DNA of 64,000 bases from a bacterium (GTDB taxonomy: Bacteria; Patescibacteriota; Microgenomatia; Levybacterales; UBA12049): NCBI GenBank assembly GCA_021813145.1, contig JAKALS010000002.1:35595-99594 (forward strand), in the 5' to 3' direction. Position 1 is the stretch's first letter, and each line of letters opens with the position of its first letter. The notes beneath the pieces were generated by a model that made no database searches, was not told the origin of the DNA, and saw only the letters and a list, made by a program, of their open reading frames with translations. Below are positions 1 through 9,869 of the stretch, one piece after another. A program made the translations under genes and the position numbers.

Positions 1-123
1 CAAAGGCCGCAAAAACTTTTTTCAAATGGCTTCTAAAAATTTAGATATTATGGTATAATTTTGGCCTGTCTCCTTTTCCAGCAAAAAAGCATGGGACTTC
101 GCGATAATAATACACAAAAAGGT

Positions 124-654
124 ATGGATAGCATCGATTTGGATAAACAGTCCTTTCAGAGTATTACTCACGGCGTTTTGAGAATCGAAGAAATTATTCT
201 CCTTATAAAGGAGTTCCTCGAGGAAGATCCTGACGCCGAATACAGCCTTGTTATAGGTACGGATTCGCATGAAAAAAACGGGGAAAAAAGAAAACCTTCC
301 GACGGTAAAACAATAAATGTTGTCACAGCAATTCTCATTCACAGAAAAGGTTTCGGCGGCAAATACTTTTGGATAAGGAAAGACATAAAAAATATTCATA
401 CGTTAAGGCAGAAAATATATGCCGAGACACTTACCTCGCTTAATTTTGCCACATCCTTTGTACCGCTATTAAGGAAAGGCCTTAACGGCCATTCTCCCAA
501 TTATAATCTGGAAATACATGTAGATGTCGGCGAACACGGAGACACAAGGGAAATGATAAAAGAAGTAGTAGGAATGGTAACAGGAAACGGATTTGTCGCA
601 AAAACCAAACCAGAGGCTTATGGAGCTTCTTATGTGGCAGATAAACATACCTAG
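124..654 (+). CDS. RNase H-like YkuK family protein (DUF458)
   Basis: Motifs IGTDS, HRxGxGGxYF, LEIHVDVG, KPxAYGASxVADKH typical of YkuK. Start uncertain (ATG 91 or 124); TGgTATAAT at 51-59. Confidence 0.8.
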   Translation: MDSIDLDKQSFQSITHGVLRIEEIILLIKEFLEEDPDAEYSLVIGTDSHEKNGEKRKPSDGKTINVVTAILIHRKGFGGKYFWIRKDIKNIHTLRQKIYAETLTSLNFATSFVPLLRKGLNGHSPNYNLEIHVDVGEHGDTREMIKEVVGMVTGNGFVAKTKPEAYGASYVADKHT

Positions 655-680
655 ACAAAGTTATAAAGTATAAAGTGAAA

Positions 681-1085
681 ATGAAAAAGACAAAAGCTAA
701 AACATTGGAGTGGGAGCAAGCGAAAGAAGTAAAAAGAGACATATTGCATATAATCAAAACGTTAAAACTTGAATATATAGACCCAAAAAGAATCTTCTGT
801 TACAGAACTTTCGGTTCGAAATCCCGTTCATACGCAAGAATTTGGACGTTCCCTAAAATCTTTCAGGATGCTCTGGGTATCGAGCCCTCATACGTGATAG
901 AAGTCCTTTCAAAATACTACGACAAATTGGACGATGACAGAAAAAAACAGGTTCTTATACACGAGCTCCTGCATATTCCAAGAAATTTTTCCGGCGCCCT
1001 TGTCCCCCACAGATCAAGAAACAGAAAACTGGAAACACAGGTGGTAAAATTATTTAAGGAATATAAAAAAATAACCGAGGAATAA
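681..1085 (+). CDS. Putative small zinc metallopeptidase (HExxH)
   Basis: VLIHELLHIP zincin motif plus downstream His (LVPH); ATG 681 or GTG 675. Confidence 0.65.
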   Translation: MKKTKAKTLEWEQAKEVKRDILHIIKTLKLEYIDPKRIFCYRTFGSKSRSYARIWTFPKIFQDALGIEPSYVIEVLSKYYDKLDDDRKKQVLIHELLHIPRNFSGALVPHRSRNRKLETQVVKLFKEYKKITEE

Positions 1086-1775
1086 ATGATTACCATAATT
1101 CACGGAGACGACCTTTCAACGTCGCGAAACCACTATTTATCGGAAAGACAAAAAACAAAAAATCCTGTTATTTTTGAAGGAGGAAAACTTTCTCTTTCCG
1201 AGCTTTTACAAAGCCTGGAGGGAGGTTCACTTTTTAACGAAGAAAAGAATATATTTATAGAAAATTTCTTTTCCTCAAAAAAAGCCAATCCTGAATTTAA
1301 AAAGATAATCGAAATTATCCAAAATAATAAAAGCGCAAATATTGTATTTTGGGAAAACACGGAGCTTTCGAAAACGGACTTGAATTCCGTAAAAAATCCG
1401 GTTGTCCGATTGTTTAAAGTACCTCAAAACCTTTTTAATTTTCTCGACGGAATAAAACCTTCGGACAAAACTTCGATAAAACTTTTTCACCTGCTCTTAC
1501 AAGAAATGGAACCCGAGTTTATATTTTACATGGTTATACGGCAATTCAGGCTACTTCTGGCCGTTTCGGATATCAACTCGAATGAGAAGATAGACGAAGT
1601 AAAAAGACTTGCCCCCTGGCAGATTACAAAACTGAAAAGACAAGTTTCATTATTTGGAGAACAAAAACTCAGAGAAATTTACAATAAACTTTATCTTATA
1701 GACATGGAGCAAAAAACGGGGAAATCTTCATTTAACCTGCCTCAAGCCATTGACTTTTTTCTCCTCGGCTTATAA
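1086..1775 (+). CDS. holA: DNA polymerase III delta subunit-like (short HolA)
   Basis: N-terminal IIHGDD, SLF motif, C-terminal RQFRLLL...LYLIDMEQKTGK; compact 229 aa form. Confidence 0.7.
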   Translation: MITIIHGDDLSTSRNHYLSERQKTKNPVIFEGGKLSLSELLQSLEGGSLFNEEKNIFIENFFSSKKANPEFKKIIEIIQNNKSANIVFWENTELSKTDLNSVKNPVVRLFKVPQNLFNFLDGIKPSDKTSIKLFHLLLQEMEPEFIFYMVIRQFRLLLAVSDINSNEKIDEVKRLAPWQITKLKRQVSLFGEQKLREIYNKLYLIDMEQKTGKSSFNLPQAIDFFLLGL

Positions 1776-1784
1776 GATTAGGGA

Positions 1785-3173
1785 ATGAATATAGACCCTA
1801 AAATCTTCAAATCATATGATATCCGCGGAATATATCCTACTCAAATAAATGAAGAAAACATAGGTCAGATCGTGAAAGCTATCTATAAATTTTTTTATGA
1901 ATCCATAGGCAAATCCCAACCCACAATTCTTCTTGCTTATGACATGAGAATTTCCGGTCCGGCACTCTTTGAAATCGCCAAGAAAACATTGGTGGAAATG
2001 GGCGCGGACGTTATAGATGCAGGTCAGCTTTCCACTCCGTCATTCTATTTTGCCGTATTTCACTACCAATATGATTGTGGAATCCAAATAACCGCTTCCC
2101 ATAATCCTAAAGAGTGGAATGGCCTCAAATTCGTAAAAAGCACGCCTAAAGGACTTATCAAAATAGGAAAACCTACAGGCATGGATGAAGTCCAGAAATT
2201 GGCCCAACAGGAAATTGTATTTACACCCACCCAAAAGGGAAAAGTAACTGCAAAGACGGGTATCCTGGAGGATGAAGTTAAAACAACTCTTGATTTACTC
2301 GGAAATCCCGAGGTGAAAAAGTTTAAAATTGTTGCAGACCCGGGAAATGCAATGGGGGCGCAATATATAGAGGCATTGTTCGAAAAAGTACCTGCCGATT
2401 TAATAAAGATGAACTTCGAACTTGACGGAAATTTTCCCGCGCATGAGCCAAACCCACTCAAATTCGAAACGCTTAGGGACTTGCAAAAAAGGGTAATAGA
2501 TGAAAAAGCGGATCTTGGAATAGCTACCGACGGGGACGGAGACAGATTGTATTTTATAGACGAGAAAGGACAAATAGTCCCTGCGACCAGCATAACTTCC
2601 ATTGTTGCAAGAGAGTTGCTTAAGAAATATCCTGGAGAATTAATTTATTTTGATATCAGGGATATTCTCGGACCGCAAAAAATAGTAGAAGAATACGGCG
2701 GAAAATCGGAAATAGTCAGAGTTGGACATGCATATATCACGGAAGCGATGAATAAAACAGGCGGAATATTTGCGGGCGAGTCCTCGGGACATATGTTTTT
2801 CAGAACAAACGGAAATTCCGAATCAAATATGCCGATAATATTAATAATTCTGCAGGTATTGACCGAAGAAAAGAAAACTTTATCCGAAGTGGTCGAAATG
2901 TTAAGAAGAAGTTACGAGTCGGGAGAATTAAACTTTGAGGTATCAAATTCAAAAGAGATACTGGATGCATTAAAAGAAAAATATAAAGACGGTAAATTCT
3001 GGGATCTGGACGGAGTTTCCGTATCGTACGATAATCCGGTCTGGAGGTTTAATGTCAGAACTTCCAATACGGAGCCGTTATTAAGGCTAAACGTCGAATC
3101 TTACGACAAAGATTTAACCGCTCAGAAATTTAATGAGTTAAAAAATTTCATACAATCAATTGCAAAAAAATGA
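1785..3173 (+). CDS. manB: Phosphomannomutase/phosphoglucomutase
   Basis: FKSYDIRG, catalytic TASHNP, metal loop DGDGDR, GESSGH, RTSNTEPLLRLNVE. Confidence 0.92.
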   Translation: MNIDPKIFKSYDIRGIYPTQINEENIGQIVKAIYKFFYESIGKSQPTILLAYDMRISGPALFEIAKKTLVEMGADVIDAGQLSTPSFYFAVFHYQYDCGIQITASHNPKEWNGLKFVKSTPKGLIKIGKPTGMDEVQKLAQQEIVFTPTQKGKVTAKTGILEDEVKTTLDLLGNPEVKKFKIVADPGNAMGAQYIEALFEKVPADLIKMNFELDGNFPAHEPNPLKFETLRDLQKRVIDEKADLGIATDGDGDRLYFIDEKGQIVPATSITSIVARELLKKYPGELIYFDIRDILGPQKIVEEYGGKSEIVRVGHAYITEAMNKTGGIFAGESSGHMFFRTNGNSESNMPIILIILQVLTEEKKTLSEVVEMLRRSYESGELNFEVSNSKEILDALKEKYKDGKFWDLDGVSVSYDNPVWRFNVRTSNTEPLLRLNVESYDKDLTAQKFNELKNFIQSIAKK

Positions 3174-4204
3174 CGGACTTAAATAATCTCGAAGAAATAA
3201 AAAAACTGGACCCTAAGAATGTTTACGGTTCTACCGAAATGCTAGCAAGTCAATGCGAGCAAGTCTTCGAAGATGTGAACAAACTTCCCCTTCCTACTCT
3301 CGAGCCGGCAAATATCGTCATTTGCGGAATGGGAGGCTCGTCTTATGGCGGACATGTACTTAAGGCACTATTTTCAGATTCTATGAAGGTTCCAGTAACA
3401 GTCGTTAATGACTATCATCTTCCAGCTTTTGCAAATTCTTCAACTCTTGTCTTTCTTACGAGCTATTCGGGGACAACCGAAGAAACACTCTCCTGCGCAA
3501 AAGAGGCGGTTGAGAGAAACTGTGCCATAGCAGGCCTTACAAGCGGAGGAGAATTGGAAACTTTCCTTAAAAATGGAAATTATCCCCATTATATTTTCGG
3601 TCCGAAATTTAATCCCTCGGGACAGCCACGCCTCGGAACGGGTTATATAGCCTTCGGGACGCTTGCGGTATTTGGGAAGATGGGTCTTGTCGAACTTCCC
3701 GAAACCGAAGTGCGGGATGCGATAAATCTGTTAAAAACCGAAACCGACAATATAAAATCGGAAGCCAAACGGATGGCCCCGTTACTGCAAAATAAAATAC
3801 CGTTAATAATTGCCGCGGAGTTTTTGGAAGGAAATGCTCATATTGCAAGAAACCAAATGAACGAAACCGCAAAAAGTTTTTCCGATTTTGCGGTTCTTCC
3901 GGAACTGAATCACCATTTAATGGAAGGGTTAAAATATCCGACAAAAGATATAGTTGCTTTATTTTTCAATTCTGCCCTTTATTCCGAGAAAATTCAAAAG
4001 AGGGTGAGTCTTACGAAGGACGTTATAGAAAAGAATGGCCTTTCGGTTCTTGAATACGATATAAAAGGAGACAGTAAATTGGCACAAATGCTCAATGTTT
4101 TGTCTTTTGGAGGGTATCTCTCCCTTTTTCTTTCATTGCTTTACAAAGAAGATCCAAGCCTTATTCCATGGGTAGATTACTTTAAAGACCAACTGAAAAA
4201 ATAA
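3170..4204 (+). CDS. Bifunctional phosphoglucose/phosphomannose isomerase (SIS domain)
   Basis: GMGGS, SYSGTTEET, TSGG, QPR, QMNETAK, PELNH motifs. Confidence 0.88.
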   Translation: MTDLNNLEEIKKLDPKNVYGSTEMLASQCEQVFEDVNKLPLPTLEPANIVICGMGGSSYGGHVLKALFSDSMKVPVTVVNDYHLPAFANSSTLVFLTSYSGTTEETLSCAKEAVERNCAIAGLTSGGELETFLKNGNYPHYIFGPKFNPSGQPRLGTGYIAFGTLAVFGKMGLVELPETEVRDAINLLKTETDNIKSEAKRMAPLLQNKIPLIIAAEFLEGNAHIARNQMNETAKSFSDFAVLPELNHHLMEGLKYPTKDIVALFFNSALYSEKIQKRVSLTKDVIEKNGLSVLEYDIKGDSKLAQMLNVLSFGGYLSLFLSLLYKEDPSLIPWVDYFKDQLKK

Positions 4205-4251
4205 GAGTACTCCCCTTGCAAAAAAGGCTTAAAAGTTCCAATAATAGTAAT

Positions 4252-6525
4252 ATGACTGCCAAATCCAAGTATGTAGCATGGTTTAATGAGGTTGATAAAG
4301 AAGACGTACAACTGGTAGGAGGAAAAGGCGCAAACTTAGGAGAAATGACACAGGCGGGATTTCCTGTCCCTAACGGATTTATTATAACTGCGCAGGCTTA
4401 TTATAAATACATAAAAGACAACAACCTTTCGGTTAAAATAAGACACCTTTTAGAAACGGCAAACTTTGAGAATCCCGACTCCTTAAATCAGGTTTCCAAA
4501 CATATTAAAAAAGTGATAATCGAGGGAAAAATTCCCGATGAAATAGTGAAAGATATTTTCACTTCCTACAGTAAACTCGGAAATGCTTTTAACGATTCCC
4601 TTGTTGCCGTGAGGTCATCGGCGACCGCAGAAGACCTTGCAAACGCTTCTTTTGCGGGACAGCAGGAAACTTATCTTAATGTACAGGGAGAGGCGGTTCT
4701 TCTTGAGAAAATAAAAGAAGGGTATGCTTCCCTTTTTGATGCCAGGGCTCTTTTCTACAGACATCAACAGCACTATGACCATATGAAAGTAGGAATCGCT
4801 CTTGTGGTACAGAAAATGGTCGAATCGGAACAGTCCGGAATAATGTTTACGATTGACCCTGTAACGAACGATAAGTCTAAAATTATAATAGAAGCTATTT
4901 ATGGACTTGGCGAACTTATTGTGGGGGGAATCGAAAACCCCGACCATTACGAAGTCCGAAAAAGCGATTTATCGATACTTGTAAAAAGGCCTTCTCTGCA
5001 AAAGAAAATGCTGAAGAAATCGGGCAATAAGGATAAGGAAATAAAACTAACCGAATCGCAGGGCAAGAGACAAAAAATAACGGATGGGGAAATTCTTACA
5101 TTAGCAAAACTGGGACTAAGGCTTGAAAAGCACTACTATTTTCCCCAGGACAGCGAGTGGGCCATAGAAAAAGGTAAAGTTTATCTGGTACAGACTAGGG
5201 CGGTAACGACAGTAAATGAAAAAAAACAGTCGAGAAAAGAAACGCAGGAAATAGAAAATACCTCGAGAGTTCCGATATTAAAAGGCGATCCTGCCAGCCC
5301 CGGAATCGCGGCGGGGCCCGTTAAAGTAATAGAAAGCGCAAAAGAAATCGGAAAGATATTGCCGGGAGAAGTTCTTGTCGCTCCCCAGACAAATCCGGAT
5401 TATGTGCCTGCAATGAAAAAGGCCGTTGCCATAGTAACAAACAGCGGAGGAAGGACTTCGCATGCTGCAATCGTCTCAAGAGAGCTCGGTATTCCGGCTG
5501 TTGTGGGAACGGAAAAAGCAACGAAAACCCTTAAAACAGGCGAGGTTGTAACGGTCAACGGAACAAAAGGAGAAATTTATAAAGGAGGACACCTTACGTC
5601 GAATATGAACGTGAATGTCGTTGATCCTTCTAAATTCATTAAAACGGCAACAAAAGTGTACGTTAATCTTGCCGAGCCTGAACTTGCCGAAAAAATATCG
5701 CACGAAAACGTAGACGGCGTAGGGCTTTTAAGGGCGGAATTCATGATGGCGGGAATAGGCATACATCCTAAAAAACTCATAAGAGAAGGTAAAAAACACG
5801 TTTTTGTAGAGAAACTCGCTGAAGACTTGGAGATGTTTTGTAAAGCATTCAACCCCAGACCTGTTGTCTACAGAGCTTCCGATTTTAAGACCAATGAATA
5901 CCGGGCCTTAATAGGAGGACGCGAATTTGAACCGGAAGAGCCTAATCCGATGCTCGGATACAGAGGGGTTTACAGATATATACACGACCCCGAAGTTTTT
6001 GAACTTGAACTCGATGCTATAAAAACAGTAAGAAATAAAATGGGCCTTAAAAATTTATGGCTAATGCTTCCTTTCGTTAGAACGGTAAAGGAACTTGAAG
6101 AAGTAAAAAAATTAATAAATCTTTCGGGATTGCAGCGTACACCCAGTTTTAAATTATGGATGATGGTAGAAATCCCTTCTAATGTAATACTTTTGGACGA
6201 ATTTATAAATGTCGGAATAGACGGTATTTCAATTGGATCCAACGACCTGACAATGCTTCTGATGGGAACCGACAGGGACAATGATGAAGTAGCTCCGGAG
6301 TTTAACGAAACAAATCCCGCAGTTTTATGGGCACTAGAGCACATAATAAAAACTGCTCATAAACACGCAATCACGGCTTCTATATGCGGACAGGCCGCAT
6401 CTACCTATCCTTCCCTTGTTGAAAAACTTGTCGAATGGGGCGTAACAAGTGTATCGGTATCCCCCGATGCGGTCGATCATACAAGAAAACTCATAAGGGA
6501 AGTTGAGAAGAAAATAATAACTTAA
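4252..6525 (+). CDS. ppsA: Phosphoenolpyruvate synthase
   Basis: VGGKGANLGE, VAVRSSATAED, SFAGQQETY, phospho-His GGRTSHAAIVSRELG, GVGLLRAEF, EEPNPMLGYRG; ATG at 4252 preferred to TTG 4216. Confidence 0.95.
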   Translation: MTAKSKYVAWFNEVDKEDVQLVGGKGANLGEMTQAGFPVPNGFIITAQAYYKYIKDNNLSVKIRHLLETANFENPDSLNQVSKHIKKVIIEGKIPDEIVKDIFTSYSKLGNAFNDSLVAVRSSATAEDLANASFAGQQETYLNVQGEAVLLEKIKEGYASLFDARALFYRHQQHYDHMKVGIALVVQKMVESEQSGIMFTIDPVTNDKSKIIIEAIYGLGELIVGGIENPDHYEVRKSDLSILVKRPSLQKKMLKKSGNKDKEIKLTESQGKRQKITDGEILTLAKLGLRLEKHYYFPQDSEWAIEKGKVYLVQTRAVTTVNEKKQSRKETQEIENTSRVPILKGDPASPGIAAGPVKVIESAKEIGKILPGEVLVAPQTNPDYVPAMKKAVAIVTNSGGRTSHAAIVSRELGIPAVVGTEKATKTLKTGEVVTVNGTKGEIYKGGHLTSNMNVNVVDPSKFIKTATKVYVNLAEPELAEKISHENVDGVGLLRAEFMMAGIGIHPKKLIREGKKHVFVEKLAEDLEMFCKAFNPRPVVYRASDFKTNEYRALIGGREFEPEEPNPMLGYRGVYRYIHDPEVFELELDAIKTVRNKMGLKNLWLMLPFVRTVKELEEVKKLINLSGLQRTPSFKLWMMVEIPSNVILLDEFINVGIDGISIGSNDLTMLLMGTDRDNDEVAPEFNETNPAVLWALEHIIKTAHKHAITASICGQAASTYPSLVEKLVEWGVTSVSVSPDAVDHTRKLIREVEKKIIT

Positions 6526-6526
6526 T

Positions 6527-7786
6527 ATGGCAAAGATAAAACAAATATCGGCAAGAGAAATTTTAAATGCAAAAGGGATTCCGTCCGTAGAAGCAACCGT
6601 AATGCTTAATGACGGGAAAATAGGGACAGCTTCGTGTCCGAGCGGTACGTCGGTTGGAAACTACGAGGCAAGCGAATTAAGGGACCACGACGAAAATCAT
6701 TTCCAAGGTAACGGAGTATTAAAGGCAATAGCAAGTGTCCAGGACGTAATAGCGCCCGCGCTTTTGGGAATGGAAGCTACAAAACAACCCGAAATCGACA
6801 AAAAAATGATAGAAATGGACGGTACGCAAAATAAAGGAAGGCTTGGGGCTAATGCTATACTCTCGGTGTCTATGGCTGTTGCCAAAGCCGCAGCAAAGAG
6901 CTCTCTTTTGCCTACATTTTTATATCTTAGGGAATTTGTTCAAAAAGGAAATACTCCTGTTAAAATCCCTACACCGATTTTTAATGTATTAAACGGCGGA
7001 AAACACGCGGGCGAAAATATAGACTTTCAGGAATTTATGATGATTCCCGCTTCCTCAAAAAGTTACAGCGAATCCTTAAACATGATATATGTTTTATATC
7101 AATCCCTTAAAAAAACTCTGGAACAGAATAACTTAACAACTCTTATAGGAGACGAAGGCGGATTTGCACCGAAGCTTCCCAGCAATAAGGACGGATTAAA
7201 TCTTTTAAAAAGCGCAATTGATACTACATCTTTCCGTTTTGGATTCGACGTTTTCCTCGGCCTTGACGTTGCCGCAACAAACCTTTTTACCGAAGGAAAA
7301 TACCATATTAAAGATAAGACAATGCCTATGTCGGGCAGCGATATGATTTCGTTTTATCAGGATATCAATAAAGAATTTCACCTTTTATATCTTGAAGACC
7401 CTCTCGCGGAGGATGATTGGAGCTCTTGGTCGAACCTTTATTCACAACTTTCACAGCAAACACTTCTTGTGGGAGACGACCTGACCGCAACAAATCCGTA
7501 CAGGCTCCAGATGGCTCTGGACAAGAAGGCTATAACCGGGATAATCATAAAGCCCAATCAGATAGGAACCGTAATCGAAGCTCTTGCGGTAGTTGAGGTG
7601 GCAAGAGAAATGGGACTCAAGATTATCGTTTCTCACAGAAGCGGTGAAACTAACGACGACTTTATAGCAGACTTTGCCGTTGCCGTTTCTTCGGATTATG
7701 TAAAATTCGGCTCTCCAGTAAGAGGAGAAAGAGTCGCAAAATACAACAGGCTTTTGGAGATAGAAAGAGAAATCAAATCACTTTAA
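6527..7786 (+). CDS. eno: Enolase
   Basis: LGANAIL, NGGKHA, QEFM, GDEGGF, EDP, VGDDL, IKPNQIGT, SHRSGET, ERVAKYNRLL. Confidence 0.95.
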   Translation: MAKIKQISAREILNAKGIPSVEATVMLNDGKIGTASCPSGTSVGNYEASELRDHDENHFQGNGVLKAIASVQDVIAPALLGMEATKQPEIDKKMIEMDGTQNKGRLGANAILSVSMAVAKAAAKSSLLPTFLYLREFVQKGNTPVKIPTPIFNVLNGGKHAGENIDFQEFMMIPASSKSYSESLNMIYVLYQSLKKTLEQNNLTTLIGDEGGFAPKLPSNKDGLNLLKSAIDTTSFRFGFDVFLGLDVAATNLFTEGKYHIKDKTMPMSGSDMISFYQDINKEFHLLYLEDPLAEDDWSSWSNLYSQLSQQTLLVGDDLTATNPYRLQMALDKKAITGIIIKPNQIGTVIEALAVVEVAREMGLKIIVSHRSGETNDDFIADFAVAVSSDYVKFGSPVRGERVAKYNRLLEIEREIKSL

Positions 7787-8479
7787 ATTAAAAAGGACGA
7801 CAAACTCCCCTTTCGGATTTGTTTTTTCAAAATGCTTTTGTAATTCGGTAATTTTTCCACGCCTTATTTCTTCGTGCATTTTTGTAAGCTCTCTGGCAAG
7901 CACAACTTCTATATCTCCAAAAACTTCCTGTAATTCTTCCATAGTCTGTTTTATTCTAAATGGCGACTCGAACAATATTACCGTCTGCGGAAGAATTTCC
8001 AAAGTCTGTTTCATTTTCTTAAGCGCCTCATTCCTGTGGCCGGGTTTTTTTGGAAGAAAACCTACAAACATGAATTTATCCGTCGGAAGCCCGGATGACG
8101 TAAGCGCCGCAAGCACGGAAGAGGGTCCGGGAATTGATTCCACTTTAATATCCGAATTTACACACTCTCTTATAAGCCTGAATCCGGGGTCGGAGATTGC
8201 CGGAGTGCCTGCATCCGAGATAAGCGCAAAGCTAAAATCTTTTTTTAAAAGATCCAGCACTTCGGGGATCCTCTGCTGTTCATTTTCCTCATAATAAGAG
8301 ACAAGTCTTGCCTTATTTTTAAAATCCGGGAAGTTTTCTTTAAGACTTTTTAACAGAACCGAAGAGGTCCTGGTGTCTTCACAAAGTATAAAATCAACTT
8401 CACCAAGAACGGCAATGGCTCTTAATGTTATATCTTGTAAATTCCCGATCGGTGTTGATACAATGTACAAGGCGCCCAT
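7778..8479 (-). CDS. rsmI: 16S rRNA (cytidine1402-2'-O)-methyltransferase
   Basis: LYIVSTPIGNLQDIT, CEDTR, SDAGTPAISDPG, FESPFR, ARELTKMHEE. Confidence 0.95.
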   Translation of the reverse strand: MGALYIVSTPIGNLQDITLRAIAVLGEVDFILCEDTRTSSVLLKSLKENFPDFKNKARLVSYYEENEQQRIPEVLDLLKKDFSFALISDAGTPAISDPGFRLIRECVNSDIKVESIPGPSSVLAALTSSGLPTDKFMFVGFLPKKPGHRNEALKKMKQTLEILPQTVILFESPFRIKQTMEELQEVFGDIEVVLARELTKMHEEIRRGKITELQKHFEKTNPKGEFVVLFNLK

Positions 8480-8485
8480 AAAAAT

Positions 8486-9112
8486 ATGCTTGGACAGCTT
8501 TCAGGTTTTATTATACATCTAATCCAATCCTCAGGCTATTTTGGAGTATTTTTTCTGATGATACTCAATGCCGCTGCAATTCCTTTTCCTTCCGAAGTAA
8601 CGCTTCCATTCGCCGGATTTTTATCCAATCAGGGACATTTATCCTTAACCTTTGTGATAATTGTGGGAATATTGGGTGATTTGGTTGGTTCGGCGATAGG
8701 TTATGGAGTCGGATATTTTTTGGAAGAGGCATTAATTCTTAATCTGATTAAAAAATACGGAAAATTTATCCTTCTGACAGAGCACGATTATCAAAAAGCA
8801 ACAGGCTGGATTAAAAAATGGGGAGCGCCTTTTGTTTTCGTAGGCAAAATGACTCCCGGAATAAAATCATTTATTTCCGTTGCCGCAGGTATAACCGAAA
8901 TAAATTTTGTAAAATTCATAATCGCAAACCTTCTGAGCGCAATCGTATATGTAACAGCCGTTTCGTCCGTAGGATATTACCTCGGAAGCAAATGGAATAT
9001 TTTAGGGGGATATTTTAGAAGATTCGAACTTGTAATAGTAATTTTAATTTTGATAGCGGCAGCTTTGTATGTTAATTATAAACTCAAGATTGTAAAACTG
9101 CGAAGAAAATAA
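8486..9112 (+). CDS. dedA: DedA family membrane protein
   Basis: PFPSEVTLPFAGF motif, multiple TM segments, 'isvaAG' region. Confidence 0.9.
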   Translation: MLGQLSGFIIHLIQSSGYFGVFFLMILNAAAIPFPSEVTLPFAGFLSNQGHLSLTFVIIVGILGDLVGSAIGYGVGYFLEEALILNLIKKYGKFILLTEHDYQKATGWIKKWGAPFVFVGKMTPGIKSFISVAAGITEINFVKFIIANLLSAIVYVTAVSSVGYYLGSKWNILGGYFRRFELVIVILILIAAALYVNYKLKIVKLRRK

Positions 9113-9742
9113 CTACTGGAATCTTCTTACAAGCCCTACTACTTTCCCCTGGATTATTAAAGAGTTTGGATAAATAGGCTCCATTTCCGAGTTAGCGGGC
9201 TTTAGAACGACTCTGCCGTCTTCCCTGTAAAACTTCTTAAGCGTCGCCAGATTATCGTCGACAATGGCAACCACAATATCTCCGTTATCGGCAACATTTA
9301 CTCTTTCTATTACCACATAGTCTCCGTCAAAAATACCTTCTTCTATCATTGAATTTCCTTTTACCTGAAGTGCGTAAGCGGTCTTTCCCCCTGAAATCAT
9401 ATTAGCGGCAACATAAATAGACGCGTTGGGATCCGTATGCGGCTCCAAAGGCTGTCCGGCGGCAATAAAACCCATTAAAGGAAGCTCTATCGCGGGTTCG
9501 CTGCCAAGCATCGATAAGGTTACTTTTTCGTCTATTATCTTAAGGACTCTTGTATTTCCGTCTACTTTTTGTACATATCCTTTTTCGACAAGAGAGCGTA
9601 TAAGTGTATGAACCGTGGAATTGCTTTTGTGTCCCGTTGCTTTTGCTATTTCAGCCAGTGTAGGAGAATATCCGTATTGCCTTTGAAATTGGGCAAGGAA
9701 TTCCAAAACTTCTCTTTCTTTTCGATACAAGACACCGGCCAT
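9113..9742 (-). CDS. lexA: SOS repressor LexA
   Basis: wHTH GYSPTLAEIA, Ala-Gly cleavage site IAAGQP, catalytic Ser (VKGNSM) and Lys (ATLKK). Confidence 0.95.
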   Translation of the reverse strand: MAGVLYRKEREVLEFLAQFQRQYGYSPTLAEIAKATGHKSNSTVHTLIRSLVEKGYVQKVDGNTRVLKIIDEKVTLSMLGSEPAIELPLMGFIAAGQPLEPHTDPNASIYVAANMISGGKTAYALQVKGNSMIEEGIFDGDYVVIERVNVADNGDIVVAIVDDNLATLKKFYREDGRVVLKPANSEMEPIYPNSLIIQGKVVGLVRRFQ

Positions 9743-9750
9743 ACTATTAT

Positions 9751-9780
9751 TTTATACGAAAATTATTAGAACTTTGTCAA
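9751..9780 (-). promoter_or_regulatory. sigma70 promoter of lexA
   Basis: TTGACA(9780-9775)-18 nt-TATAAA(9756-9751), 8 nt before the ATG; no SD. Confidence 0.55.
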
Positions 9781-9869
9781 GAAGACAAACTGACTCAGAC
9801 ATAATCATCCGGGTTTTAATGATACCCAGCTTATGATAAAATATAGAGTCAATTTAAGTACAATTTATT

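Noticed and set aside
6527-6700. Degenerate enolase N-terminus (ILNAKGIP, PSGTSVG)
   Set aside because: Catalytic and metal-binding motifs are retained; ordinary divergence, not a pseudogene.
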